A stretch of DNA of 64,000 nt from a bacterium (GTDB taxonomy: Bacteria; Krumholzibacteriota; Krumholzibacteriia; LZORAL124-64-63), in contig JAAEQC010000102.1 of assembly GCA_024231905.1 (NCBI GenBank), forward strand, positions 80,033-144,032, given 5' to 3'. Under the pieces are notes generated by a model. It had not been told where the DNA came from. It did no database searches and saw only the letters and a program-made list of their open reading frames with translations. A program made the translations under genes and the position numbers. Positions 19,737-28,272 of the stretch are shown piece after piece (positions within the stretch are counted from its first letter, which is position 1; every line of letters begins with the position of its first letter).

Positions 19737-20480
19737 GACGTGGACCTTCTCTTCATGGGATTCGGAGGCGGCCTGGTGGTGGCGGCCGTGGCCTGGGGTG
19801 TGTGGAAGATCGCCCGCCGGGGACGCCGGCGCGGTCCCGCCGCCCCGGACGTGACCTACGAGAGCTTCGTGACCAGCATGAAAGCCGTGGGCGAGCTGAG
19901 CGTCTTCCGCATCGTGACCAAGGAAGTCATCACCGCCAGCGACCACTGGTTCGGCGAGTTCGGCAAGAAGTACCTGAACTGGCTGCTGTCCAGCCAGCGC
20001 ATCACCCTGGTCATCGAGTTCGACGTGGACTTCCGCTACGACCTGACCGATCCGGCCTTCCGGGTCGAGCGCCGGGGCGAGGGCGCCTTCCACATGACCC
20101 TGCCGTCGTGCCGCCACGAGGTCCTCATCCGGGACATGCGCATCCACTCGGAGGACAAGACCGAGTTGCTGCCCTGGCTCATGCCCGACCTGCTGGGCCG
20201 TTTCTTCACCGGCGGCTTCAGCGTCGAGGCCAAGAACAAGCTCATCACCGAGACCCGCGACCAGGCCAGCCGCTTCGCCGGCGACCTGGTGGGGCGCACC
20301 ACGGGCGAGGCCCAGCGCTCGGCGGCCCGCACCCTGACCATGCTGGCCCAGGGCCTGGGCGCCTGGAAGGTGGACTTCGATTTCACCGAGGGCGGCGATT
20401 TTGAACCGGTGGTGGATACGTCCTCCCTGGAACGAACCTTGCCCGCCTCCGGCGCGGACGTGGCCGGAGGTGCCTCATGA
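19737..20480 (+). CDS. DUF4230-like membrane-anchored protein
   Basis: N-terminal TM helix after a GTG start preceded by AAGGAG. Alternative starts at 19689 and 19713. Pattern ELSVFRIV...ITLVIEFDV resembles DUF4230. Stop overlaps the next start (ATGA). Confidence 0.5.
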   Translation, partial: DVDLLFMGFGGGLVVAAVAWGVWKIARRGRRRGPAAPDVTYESFVTSMKAVGELSVFRIVTKEVITASDHWFGEFGKKYLNWLLSSQRITLVIEFDVDFRYDLTDPAFRVERRGEGAFHMTLPSCRHEVLIRDMRIHSEDKTELLPWLMPDLLGRFFTGGFSVEAKNKLITETRDQASRFAGDLVGRTTGEAQRSAARTLTMLAQGLGAWKVDFDFTEGGDFEPVVDTSSLERTLPASGADVAGGAS

Positions 20481-20983
20481 GCGGACGCCGCACGGTGGTG
20501 GGGGTCATGGGCGGTTGCGCGGCAGAATCCGGAACCGTGGAGAACGCGCGGACCCTCGGCCGGCTCATCGCCGAACACGGGTGGGTGCTGCTGTCCGGCG
20601 GACGGCCCACGGGGGTCATGCAGGCCTCGGTGGACGGGGCCAAAGAGGCCGGGGGCTTCACCGTGGGGGTGCTATTCGACACGGAGCACGCCGACGCGGC
20701 CGTGGGCCTGGACCTGGTCATCCCCACGGGCATGGGCGCCGGGCGCAACGTCATCAACATCCTGGCCAGCGACGTGGTGGTGGCCTGCCGGGGCTCGGGC
20801 GGCACCCTGAGCGAGATCGCCCTGGCCCTGCGCTTCGGCCGGCCGGTGGTGCTGCTGGACTTCGATCCGGGAGAGGCGTTCCTGACGGCCTGCGCCGCCG
20901 ACGCCCGCTGGACCCTGGCGGCCGATCCGCGGAAGGCTGTCGACGCGGTGCGGGGCTACCTGGAGGAAGCGGGGCGGGCCTAG
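20477..20983 (+). CDS. TIGR00725 / LOG-like Rossmann-fold protein
   Basis: GGRPTGVMQASVDGAKEAGG and CRGSGGTLSEIA match the LOG-family GGGxxGLMG and PGGxGTxxE motifs. 168 aa. Confidence 0.7.
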   Translation: MSGRRTVVGVMGGCAAESGTVENARTLGRLIAEHGWVLLSGGRPTGVMQASVDGAKEAGGFTVGVLFDTEHADAAVGLDLVIPTGMGAGRNVINILASDVVVACRGSGGTLSEIALALRFGRPVVLLDFDPGEAFLTACAADARWTLAADPRKAVDAVRGYLEEAGRA

Positions 20984-21606
20984 TTCGTCGTGGGCGCGCC
21001 CGCCGGCATGGACAGTCCGCGGGCGAAGATGGGCACGTTGTTGCAGACCACGTCGTTGGCCTGGAATTCTACCGACGTGATTTCTTCCCAGACGTTGACG
21101 TTCAAAGCGCAGTCCATGACCATGCCCACGAAGCAACGGCTGGTGATGAAGGGATCGACCTTGCGCACCTCGCCCGCGTCCATGAGGCGCTGGAGTTCCC
21201 CGGTCAGGAACGTGATGTAGGGCAAGCGCACCTCCCGGAACAGGGCGGTGGCCACGTCGTTGCTGTCGACACTGTTGGCGAACATGAGACGCATGAGTTC
21301 GGGATCGCCGGCCGCCAGTCCCAGCACGTGCTCGGCGATGCGTGTGAGCACGGCCTCGATGTCGCCCCGGCCCTCCTGCGCCGCCAGGTAGCCCTCGATG
21401 TCGTGCTGGTGGGCCTTGGCGCTGATGACTTCCCGGTAGAGATCCACCTTGCTCTCGAAGTGCCGGTAGATGGCGGCCTCGGTGATGCCGCAGGCCCGGG
21501 CGATCACGCGCACGGACGTGCCTTCGAAGCCGCCGCCCGCGAAGAGAGTGGTGGCTTCGCGCAGGATCTGGTCGCGGCGGTCGGGCCGACGTTTCGTGGG
21601 TGTCAT
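20980..21606 (-). CDS. TetR/AcrR family transcriptional regulator
   Basis: N-terminal HTH (ILREATTLFAGGGFEGTSVRVIARACGITEAAIYRHFESK). Confidence 0.8.
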   Translation of the reverse strand: MTPTKRRPDRRDQILREATTLFAGGGFEGTSVRVIARACGITEAAIYRHFESKVDLYREVISAKAHQHDIEGYLAAQEGRGDIEAVLTRIAEHVLGLAAGDPELMRLMFANSVDSNDVATALFREVRLPYITFLTGELQRLMDAGEVRKVDPFITSRCFVGMVMDCALNVNVWEEITSVEFQANDVVCNNVPIFARGLSMPAGAPTTN

Positions 21607-21980
21607 GAGCCTTGTCCCCGGGACGATCAGGGTGGGGAGTGGGTCTTCGCCGCAGCGCGAGTGTCGCGAGGCGAGTAAACGACCGTTGACTTTCGGAATC
21701 TAAGCGCCGGGCGGAGTCAGGTCAACGATAGAACAGATTAAATGGTCTAATAACTACTGATATGGTCGTGATTTACGCGGGTGGGGCGTGGCGGAGGGCC
21801 GGGGACCGGACGCCGCAGCGCCCGGTCCCGTGGCAGGAGATCTTTGCCCTTGGCTGGAGATTCTAGTTCAATCGGCAGGCTCGGTGGCCAGGGGCTTCAG
21901 GTACATGTCGAACCAGCTGGCTCGGTAGTTAGAGACCGCTCGCCCAAGCCGTTGCCGTGGCGAGCGGTCGCAAGCTACTG
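21607..21980. promoter_or_regulatory. Non-coding region with a local AT-rich island (about 21694-21780); TetR gene promoter/operator region plus a hairpin downstream of the peptidase gene
   Basis: Sharp GC drop (ttgactttcggaatctaag...gatagaacagattaaatggtctaataactactgatatggtc). An 11-bp perfect-stem hairpin gaccgctcgcc/ggcgagcggtc sits at about 21945-21981, just 3' of the minus-strand peptidase gene end. Confidence 0.3.
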
Positions 21981-24080
21981 CTACCGGGCCGCCCCGGTCG
22001 GCACCTCGGTCGGTCGCTCAACAAATGGTTCGTTCTCCTCTGGAGATTGTAGCAACCACAAGTCGAACCACGCCCGGTCCCACTCCATCTTCGCCAGCCG
22101 GTTCTCGTGGGTGGTCAGCCCGTGGGGTTCGCCCGGATAGACCACCAGTTCCGTGGGCACGTCCAGGTAGTGGCGCAGGGCCCGGTACAGGGCCTTGCTG
22201 TGGGCCGGTGGCACCCGCGGGTCGTTGCCGCCCACGTGGATCAGGGTGGGCGTCCTGACCTGGTCCAACCCGTACAGGGGACTGGCCTGCTGGTAGTGGT
22301 GCTCCTGCTCCCAGGGCAGGCCCTCCACGAAGTTGATCACGTGGCCGGGCGTGTCCTCGGTGCCCCACTGGATGACCATGTCCAGGACGCCGGCGCCGCT
22401 GCTGGCGGCGGCGAACAGGTCCGGTTCGGCGACGATCATGCAGTTGGTCAGGTAGCCGCCGTTGCTCCAGCCCATGACGCCGATGTGGTCCGGGTCGGCG
22501 ATGCCATCGTCGATCAGCCAGCGGGTGCCGGCGGTGATGTCCGCCACCTCGATCTCGTTCTCGCGGCCGATGAGCTTCTCCAGGAACTCGTCCCCGTAGC
22601 CGGTGGACCCATGGTAGTTGGGACTGAGCATGGCGTAGCCCTGGCTGGCCATGAGGGTGCGGCCGTAGATCCACAGGCGCAGACGGTGCTTGGTGCTGCT
22701 GGTGGGACCGCCGTGGAGTTCGATGACCGTGGGCAGGGGGCCGTCCGCCCGCTCGTAGCCGGCCGGCAGTTCGAGAATGCCCCACACCTCGTCGCCGTCA
22801 GCGCCGGTCCAGCTCACGTGCTCGATACGCGGCAGGACCCAGGAGTCCACCTGAGGATTGGTCTTGGTCAGGCGGGAGAAACGGTCCTTGGCGGCCACGG
22901 CGTAGATGTCGTTGGCGTCGGTGATGGTCTCCAGGACCACCGCCAGACGCCGGCCGCGCTCGTCGAAGCTGAAAGAGCCGATGACGCCGTCGCCGTCGGC
23001 CAGCAATTCGGAGCGGCCTTGGCCGCCCTGTTGCACGTCGTGGGTGCCGTACACCCGCACCCGGGCCATGCTCTCGCCCCGGTAGCAGAGGGTGCGCGAG
23101 GTGCCGCGCCAGGCCAGACCACCGTCGAAGGTCACCATTTCCGGACGCCCGATCCGCTGCAGGGGCCATCCGTCGCGGCCCTGCTCGGCGACCCAGATCT
23201 GGGACGCGTAGCCGTCGTAGGCGATGGAGAAGGCCAGGGCGCGGCTGTCGCCCGACCAGGCCAGGCCCTCGATCCAGCCGTAGGGGGAGGGATGGTCGGC
23301 GCGCCACTGCTGGTCCGTCAGGGCGGTGAGCTCGCCGCTCTCCAGGTCGAGGACCTCCACCCGGGACCAGCCTTCCTTGAAGATCAGTTCGTTGTCCTCG
23401 GTGGTGACCATGGCCAGCCGCCGGCCGTCGGGGGACAGGCTCAACTCCCAGATCACCCGTTCGGCCGCCAGGACCTCGTCCTCGCGCCAGGCCAGCAGGT
23501 CCAGGCGGTGGATGGCCTGCAGGTCGCGCACGCCGTGGCCGTACTCCAGGTCGGCGTACTTCTCGCGCAGATCGGTCCACTCGTCGTCGCGGTGTTCCTT
23601 GCTGGTCACGTAGTAGAGAGCGGTGCCGTCGGGGGCGAGGGCGAAGTCGTCCACGCCGTCCTTCACGCGGGTCACGGGGACCGGATCGCCGCCGTTGGTG
23701 GGCACCCGCCATACCTGGCGCGAACCGTCCCGCGGGGGAGCCTCGAGGCCGGCGTCCACCCGGCCCAGGCACCAGATGTCGCGTCCGCCCGGACCCCAGG
23801 CCACGGCGCCGGGACCGAAGCCGTCGAAGGTCAGGCGCCGGCGGTCCGTGCCGTCGCGTCCCACGATCCACAGGTCGCGGCTGCGGCCTTCCTTGCCCTG
23901 GCCCCAGCGGCTCTCGCTGTGGGCGACCAGTTCGCCGTCGGGGGAGAGGGCCAGGTTGCCCAGGCCGATGAGGTCGAAGTAGTCCTCGGGCTGGGGAACG
24001 TGGTCGCGGAAGGGTGTCTCGGCCAGGGCGGGGAGCGCCAGGAACGCGGCGAGGATCATGATCACGGATAGCGAACGCAC
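21981..24080 (-). CDS. Secreted S9-family serine peptidase with N-terminal PD40/beta-propeller region
   Basis: GWSNGGY nucleophile motif, a C-terminal Asp/His region and a signal peptide. GTG start after GGAGGT. Confidence 0.8.
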   Translation of the reverse strand: MRSLSVIMILAAFLALPALAETPFRDHVPQPEDYFDLIGLGNLALSPDGELVAHSESRWGQGKEGRSRDLWIVGRDGTDRRRLTFDGFGPGAVAWGPGGRDIWCLGRVDAGLEAPPRDGSRQVWRVPTNGGDPVPVTRVKDGVDDFALAPDGTALYYVTSKEHRDDEWTDLREKYADLEYGHGVRDLQAIHRLDLLAWREDEVLAAERVIWELSLSPDGRRLAMVTTEDNELIFKEGWSRVEVLDLESGELTALTDQQWRADHPSPYGWIEGLAWSGDSRALAFSIAYDGYASQIWVAEQGRDGWPLQRIGRPEMVTFDGGLAWRGTSRTLCYRGESMARVRVYGTHDVQQGGQGRSELLADGDGVIGSFSFDERGRRLAVVLETITDANDIYAVAAKDRFSRLTKTNPQVDSWVLPRIEHVSWTGADGDEVWGILELPAGYERADGPLPTVIELHGGPTSSTKHRLRLWIYGRTLMASQGYAMLSPNYHGSTGYGDEFLEKLIGRENEIEVADITAGTRWLIDDGIADPDHIGVMGWSNGGYLTNCMIVAEPDLFAAASSGAGVLDMVIQWGTEDTPGHVINFVEGLPWEQEHHYQQASPLYGLDQVRTPTLIHVGGNDPRVPPAHSKALYRALRHYLDVPTELVVYPGEPHGLTTHENRLAKMEWDRAWFDLWLLQSPEENEPFVERPTEVPTGAAR

Positions 24081-24210
24081 GGCGGGACCTCCGGATAGTC
24101 TGTTGCCAGGAATTTTCGTCAGGTTACACTATCATGACCGATGCCTACGAGGTACCGGTTCCTGGTCCGGAGCGGTTCCGGACATCCACCCCCTTTCCCG
24201 GAGTCTCCAC

Positions 24211-26223
24211 GTGTGCGGAATCTGCGGCGCGTTCGCCCTGGACGGGCGCCTGGACCTGCCCGACAAGACGCCCGAACGCATGATCGGCGTCATGCGCCAT
24301 CGCGGTCCCGACGAGTTCGGCGCCTGGCGTGACGACCGCGTCTTCCTGGGCCACGCGCGCCTGAGCATCATCGATCTGGCGGGCGGCCAGCAACCCATGG
24401 CCGGCCGGGCCGACCATTGGCTCACTTTCAACGGCGAGATCTTCAACTACGTGGAACTGACCGAGGAACTGCGGGCCCTGGGCCACGTCTTCCGCACGCG
24501 CTGCGACACCGAGGTCATCCTCCGGGCCTACGAGGAGTGGGGCGACGCCTGCGTCGAGCGTTTCAACGGCCAGTTCGCCTTCGCCCTGTGGGACCGACCC
24601 CGCGGCCGCCTCTTCCTGGCCCGGGACCGTTACGGCATTCGCCCCCTCTACCTGGCCGCCCACGACGGGCGCCTGCTCTTCGCGTCGGAGATCAAGTCTC
24701 TGCGGGCCTACCCAGGCTTCGCCCCGGCCCTGGATCCGGGCTCCGTGGCGGAAGTCTCCACCTACTGGGTGAACATCGCCCCGGCCACCGCCTTCGCGGG
24801 CGTGGCCCAGTTGCCCCCCGGCCACACGGCCGTGGTGGAGGCGAATCCGTCCGGACCGCCCCCGCCCGCGCCCCTGCCGCCGGCGTTGCGAATCCGCCGC
24901 TACTGGCACCCGGAATTCCTGCCTGCGGACGAGGACCGGCGGCGCGTGGCCCCGGACGAGGCCTCGCGCCTGGCGAAGGACGTGCGCGAGGCCCTGGTCG
25001 ATGCTGCCACCATCCGTCTGCGGGCGGACGTGCCCGTGGGCGCCTACCTCTCCGGCGGCCTGGATTCCTCCACCACCGCGGCGCTGATCCACCGCTACAC
25101 GGACCACCGCCTGAAGACCTTCTCCGTGGGCTTCGCTGACCGGGACTACGACGAGACCGACTGGCAGTACGCCATGGCCGCCCACATCGGCACCGAGCAC
25201 GTCACGGTGAAAGTGGACGGCGACGACATCGCGTCCCGCTTCGAGGAAGTCGTGTGGCTGGCCGAGACGCCGGTCCTGCGCACGGCTCCGGCGCCCCTGC
25301 ATGCCCTGTCGGGCCTGGCCCGCTCCGAGGACTTCAAGGTCGTCCTGACGGGCGAGGGCGCCGACGAGGTCTTCGTGGGCTACAACATCTTCCGCGAGGC
25401 CAAGGTGCGCCGCTTCTGGGCGCGGGACCCGGCAGCGCGGGCCCGGTCCATGCTGCTGACCCGACTCTACCCTTACCTGGCCCAGTCGCCTCCGGAATTC
25501 CTGCGCCGCTTCTACGGCCAGGGCCTGGAGGACGTGGACGACCCCTTCTACTCCCACCGCCCCCGCTGGCACAATACGGGCGCCGTCGCCAAGCTTCTGG
25601 CGGTGGACGGAACCGACGCCCTGCGGTCCGCCGAGGAACGCCTGGCCGCCTCTCTGCCCGCGGAATTCACGGCCTGGGGACCGGTGGCCCGGGCCCAGTA
25701 CGTGGAGATGACCACCTTCCTGGCCGGCTATCTGCTCAGCTCCCAGGGGGACCGCATGCTCATGGGGCATTCGGTGGAGGGGCGCTTCCCGTTCCTGGAC
25801 CACGAACTGGCCGCTGTGGCCGCGCGGATACCCGCGTCGGCCAAGCTTCAGTCCCTGGTGGAGAAGGCGATATTGAAGGAGAGCGTTGCGGATCTGCTGC
25901 CCGCGAGTATCCTGAACAGGCCGAAGCAGCCGTACCGGGCGCCCGACGGCGCCAGTTTCGCCGGCAACGCCGGCCGCGATATCGTGGCCGCGCGGCTGGG
26001 CCAACACGGCGGCAGCCTGTGGGACGACCGCCGGGTGGGGGCCTTGCGGCGCAAGTGGGAAGCCGGCAAGCTGGCCAGCGCCCGCGACAACATGGCTTTC
26101 GTGGCCGCTCTGAGCGGCCGCATCCTCGAACACGAGTTCGGACCGGGTTTCGCTGACCGGCTGGCGTCTACGGAGCTGGCCCCGCAGGACCTGGTCTGGC
26201 GCGAACGACCCCGCGACGACTAG
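24211..26223 (+). CDS. Asparagine synthetase-family glutamine amidotransferase (AsnB-like, 670 aa)
   Basis: Starts (GTG)-CGICGAF (N-terminal nucleophile Cys), followed by the SGGLDSS PP-loop. Confidence 0.8.
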   Translation: MCGICGAFALDGRLDLPDKTPERMIGVMRHRGPDEFGAWRDDRVFLGHARLSIIDLAGGQQPMAGRADHWLTFNGEIFNYVELTEELRALGHVFRTRCDTEVILRAYEEWGDACVERFNGQFAFALWDRPRGRLFLARDRYGIRPLYLAAHDGRLLFASEIKSLRAYPGFAPALDPGSVAEVSTYWVNIAPATAFAGVAQLPPGHTAVVEANPSGPPPPAPLPPALRIRRYWHPEFLPADEDRRRVAPDEASRLAKDVREALVDAATIRLRADVPVGAYLSGGLDSSTTAALIHRYTDHRLKTFSVGFADRDYDETDWQYAMAAHIGTEHVTVKVDGDDIASRFEEVVWLAETPVLRTAPAPLHALSGLARSEDFKVVLTGEGADEVFVGYNIFREAKVRRFWARDPAARARSMLLTRLYPYLAQSPPEFLRRFYGQGLEDVDDPFYSHRPRWHNTGAVAKLLAVDGTDALRSAEERLAASLPAEFTAWGPVARAQYVEMTTFLAGYLLSSQGDRMLMGHSVEGRFPFLDHELAAVAARIPASAKLQSLVEKAILKESVADLLPASILNRPKQPYRAPDGASFAGNAGRDIVAARLGQHGGSLWDDRRVGALRRKWEAGKLASARDNMAFVAALSGRILEHEFGPGFADRLASTELAPQDLVWRERPRDD

Positions 26224-26244
26224 CGGACAGGGAGACGGGATTCC

Positions 26245-26496
26245 ATGAACGTGCGTGATAAGGTGTGCGAGTACATCATCGAGAACTTCCTCTTCGGCGA
26301 CGCCGAGCCCATGGCGGACGACACCATGTCGCTGCTGGACGAGGGCATCATCGACTCGGTGGGCGTCATGGAACTGGTGGCCTTCCTCGAGTCCGACTTC
26401 GGTATCTCCGTGGGCGACGAGGAACTCGTGCCCGACAACCTGGACTCGGTGGCCAACCTGGTGGCCTTCGTGGGCCGCAAGCAAGCCGCCGCCTAG
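26245..26496 (+). CDS. Acyl carrier protein
   Basis: 83 aa with IIDSVGVMELV (phosphopantetheine Ser in a DSx context). 4-helix ACP size. Confidence 0.75.
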   Translation: MNVRDKVCEYIIENFLFGDAEPMADDTMSLLDEGIIDSVGVMELVAFLESDFGISVGDEELVPDNLDSVANLVAFVGRKQAAA

Positions 26497-28034
26497 TGTC
26501 CACCGGCCTCGCACCCGTCCACACCCTCCTGGAGCATACGGTCCAGGCCCACGGCGACGCCGTGGGCCTGGTCCACGGCAAGAAGAGCCTGACTTGGGCC
26601 GAGGTGGAGACCGCCGCCAACCGGACGGCCCGCCTGCTGGTGGAACTGGGCGTGGCGCCCGGCGACCGGGTCGGCCTGCTGGTGGACAACGGCGTCACCT
26701 ACGTCACGAGCTTCTTCGGCATCCTCAAGGCCGGCGCCTGCGCCGTGGCCCTGAACGCGGCCAACCGGGCCGATACCCAGCGCAAACTCCTGGCCGACGC
26801 CGGGGCCCGGGTCCTGGTGACCAAGGCGGCCCAAGCCCGGCGCGACCTGCCTGAGATGGTGGCCGGCCTCGATGATCTCACCCACGTGGTGGTGGACCGG
26901 GCGGCGCCCCACTGGGAGCTTCCCGCGGGACTGTCGGTCGTCACCACCGATCAGCGCGAAGCCCTGCCCGGCGACCGCCTCGATCTGGCGGTGGAACTGG
27001 AATCCCCGGCGGCCATCCTCTACACGAGCGGCTCCACGGGCATGCCCCGGGGTGTCACGCTCCTGCACCGGAATCTGGCGGCCAACACGCGGCAGATCCT
27101 CGACTACCTGGAACTCACGTCCGACGACTCGGTCCTGGCCGTGCTCCCTTTCCACTACAGCTTCGGCATGTCCCTGCTGCTGACCCACACGGCGGTGGGC
27201 GGCCGGCTGGTGGTGGACAACCGTTTCGCCTATCCGGCCACCATCGTGGACGCCCTGGCGGAGCACGCGGTGAGCGGGTTCTCGGGGGTGCCCTCGACCT
27301 ACGCCATTCTGGCGGCGCGCACGGATTTCCTGACCCGTCCGCTACCGGCCCTGCGCTACCTGACCCAGGCCGGAGGCGGCATGACGCCGGCGTTGACGCG
27401 GAAGCTGCTGGCCACCCGCGGGCAGACGGCGCAGCTGTTCGTCATGTACGGCCAGACCGAAGCCGGCGCCCGCCTGAGTTGGGTGCCGCCCGAGCGTCTC
27501 GAAGAGAAGCTGGGTTCCATCGGCGTGGGTATCCCCGGCGTGGAACTCGCGGTGCGCCGGCCCGACGGCTCCGAGTGCGACGTGGACGAAGTGGGGGAGG
27601 TCGTGGCCCGCGGCGACAACATCATGCGCGGCTACTGGAACGACCCCGATGAGACCGCCCTCGTGCTCAAGGGCGGCGCCCTCTTCACCGGCGACCTGGG
27701 CCGCCGCGACGACGACGGCTTCATCTTCCTGGTGGACCGGGTCAAGAACATGATCAAGGCCGGCGCCAATCGCGTCAGCGCCAAGGAGATCGAGGACGCG
27801 ATCGCTGAGCTCGAGGGCGTGATGGAAGTGTGCGTGGTCGGCGTTCCGGACGAGTTGCTGGGGGAGGCCATCGAGGCGCACGTAGTGTCCGCCCCGGGCG
27901 CCGAACTGGACGAGCGGGCGGTTCTGGCCCATCTGCGCGGACGGCTGGCGTTGTTCAAGATTCCGCGCGTGGTGCAATTCCGCAAGGACCTGCCGAGAAG
28001 TTCTGCTGGGAAGATTCTCAAGTCCGAGTTGTGA
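26496..28034 (+). CDS. AMP-dependent acyl-CoA/acyl-ACP ligase
   Basis: GTG start overlapping the ACP stop (TAGTG). LYTSGSTGMPRGV AMP-binding motif, and YGQTE and GD motifs. Confidence 0.8.
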   Translation: MSTGLAPVHTLLEHTVQAHGDAVGLVHGKKSLTWAEVETAANRTARLLVELGVAPGDRVGLLVDNGVTYVTSFFGILKAGACAVALNAANRADTQRKLLADAGARVLVTKAAQARRDLPEMVAGLDDLTHVVVDRAAPHWELPAGLSVVTTDQREALPGDRLDLAVELESPAAILYTSGSTGMPRGVTLLHRNLAANTRQILDYLELTSDDSVLAVLPFHYSFGMSLLLTHTAVGGRLVVDNRFAYPATIVDALAEHAVSGFSGVPSTYAILAARTDFLTRPLPALRYLTQAGGGMTPALTRKLLATRGQTAQLFVMYGQTEAGARLSWVPPERLEEKLGSIGVGIPGVELAVRRPDGSECDVDEVGEVVARGDNIMRGYWNDPDETALVLKGGALFTGDLGRRDDDGFIFLVDRVKNMIKAGANRVSAKEIEDAIAELEGVMEVCVVGVPDELLGEAIEAHVVSAPGAELDERAVLAHLRGRLALFKIPRVVQFRKDLPRSSAGKILKSEL

Positions 28035-28043
28035 CCGGGAAGC

Positions 28044-28143
28044 GTGGGTGGGGCTGTGGTCCGGCGCGCTCCGCGCTTCGGCCCTGCGGGCCTCGCTCGG
28101 GCCGGACGGCCCGAGTCGCTTGCCGGACCACAACCCCACCCAC
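28044..28143 (+). repeat. 21-bp inverted repeat (20/21 match) enclosing a GC-rich, internally palindromic 58-nt core
   Basis: gtgggtggggctgtggtccgg ... ccggaccacaaccccacccac, immediately after the ligase stop. Confidence 0.3.
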
Positions 28144-28216
28144 CCCTCCCGGACCCAGTGGGGGCGGGGAAGAAGGTTGGTGGCGTGGATTGGCCTGGTC
28201 GGGTGGGTTCGCAGAC

Positions 28217-28250
28217 GAAGAGGCCCCGGGTGTTTACCCGGGGCCTCTTC
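28217..28250. terminator. Bidirectional GC hairpin between convergent ligase and C25 protease genes
   Basis: gaagaggccccggg-tgtttac-cccggggcctcttc, a 14-bp stem. Confidence 0.45.
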
Positions 28251-28272
28251 TGTGCTGGCAGGGCGTTTCGGG

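Noticed and set aside
21781-22140. Possible tRNA or tmRNA in the non-coding stretch before the peptidase gene, suggested by tcgaacc and ggttcg fragments and a strong hairpin.
   Set aside because: No cloverleaf could be built. There is no CCA-adjacent acceptor pairing, no T-loop GTTCRANYC consensus and no tag-peptide reading frame. The hairpin is better explained as a terminator-like structure after the minus-strand peptidase gene.
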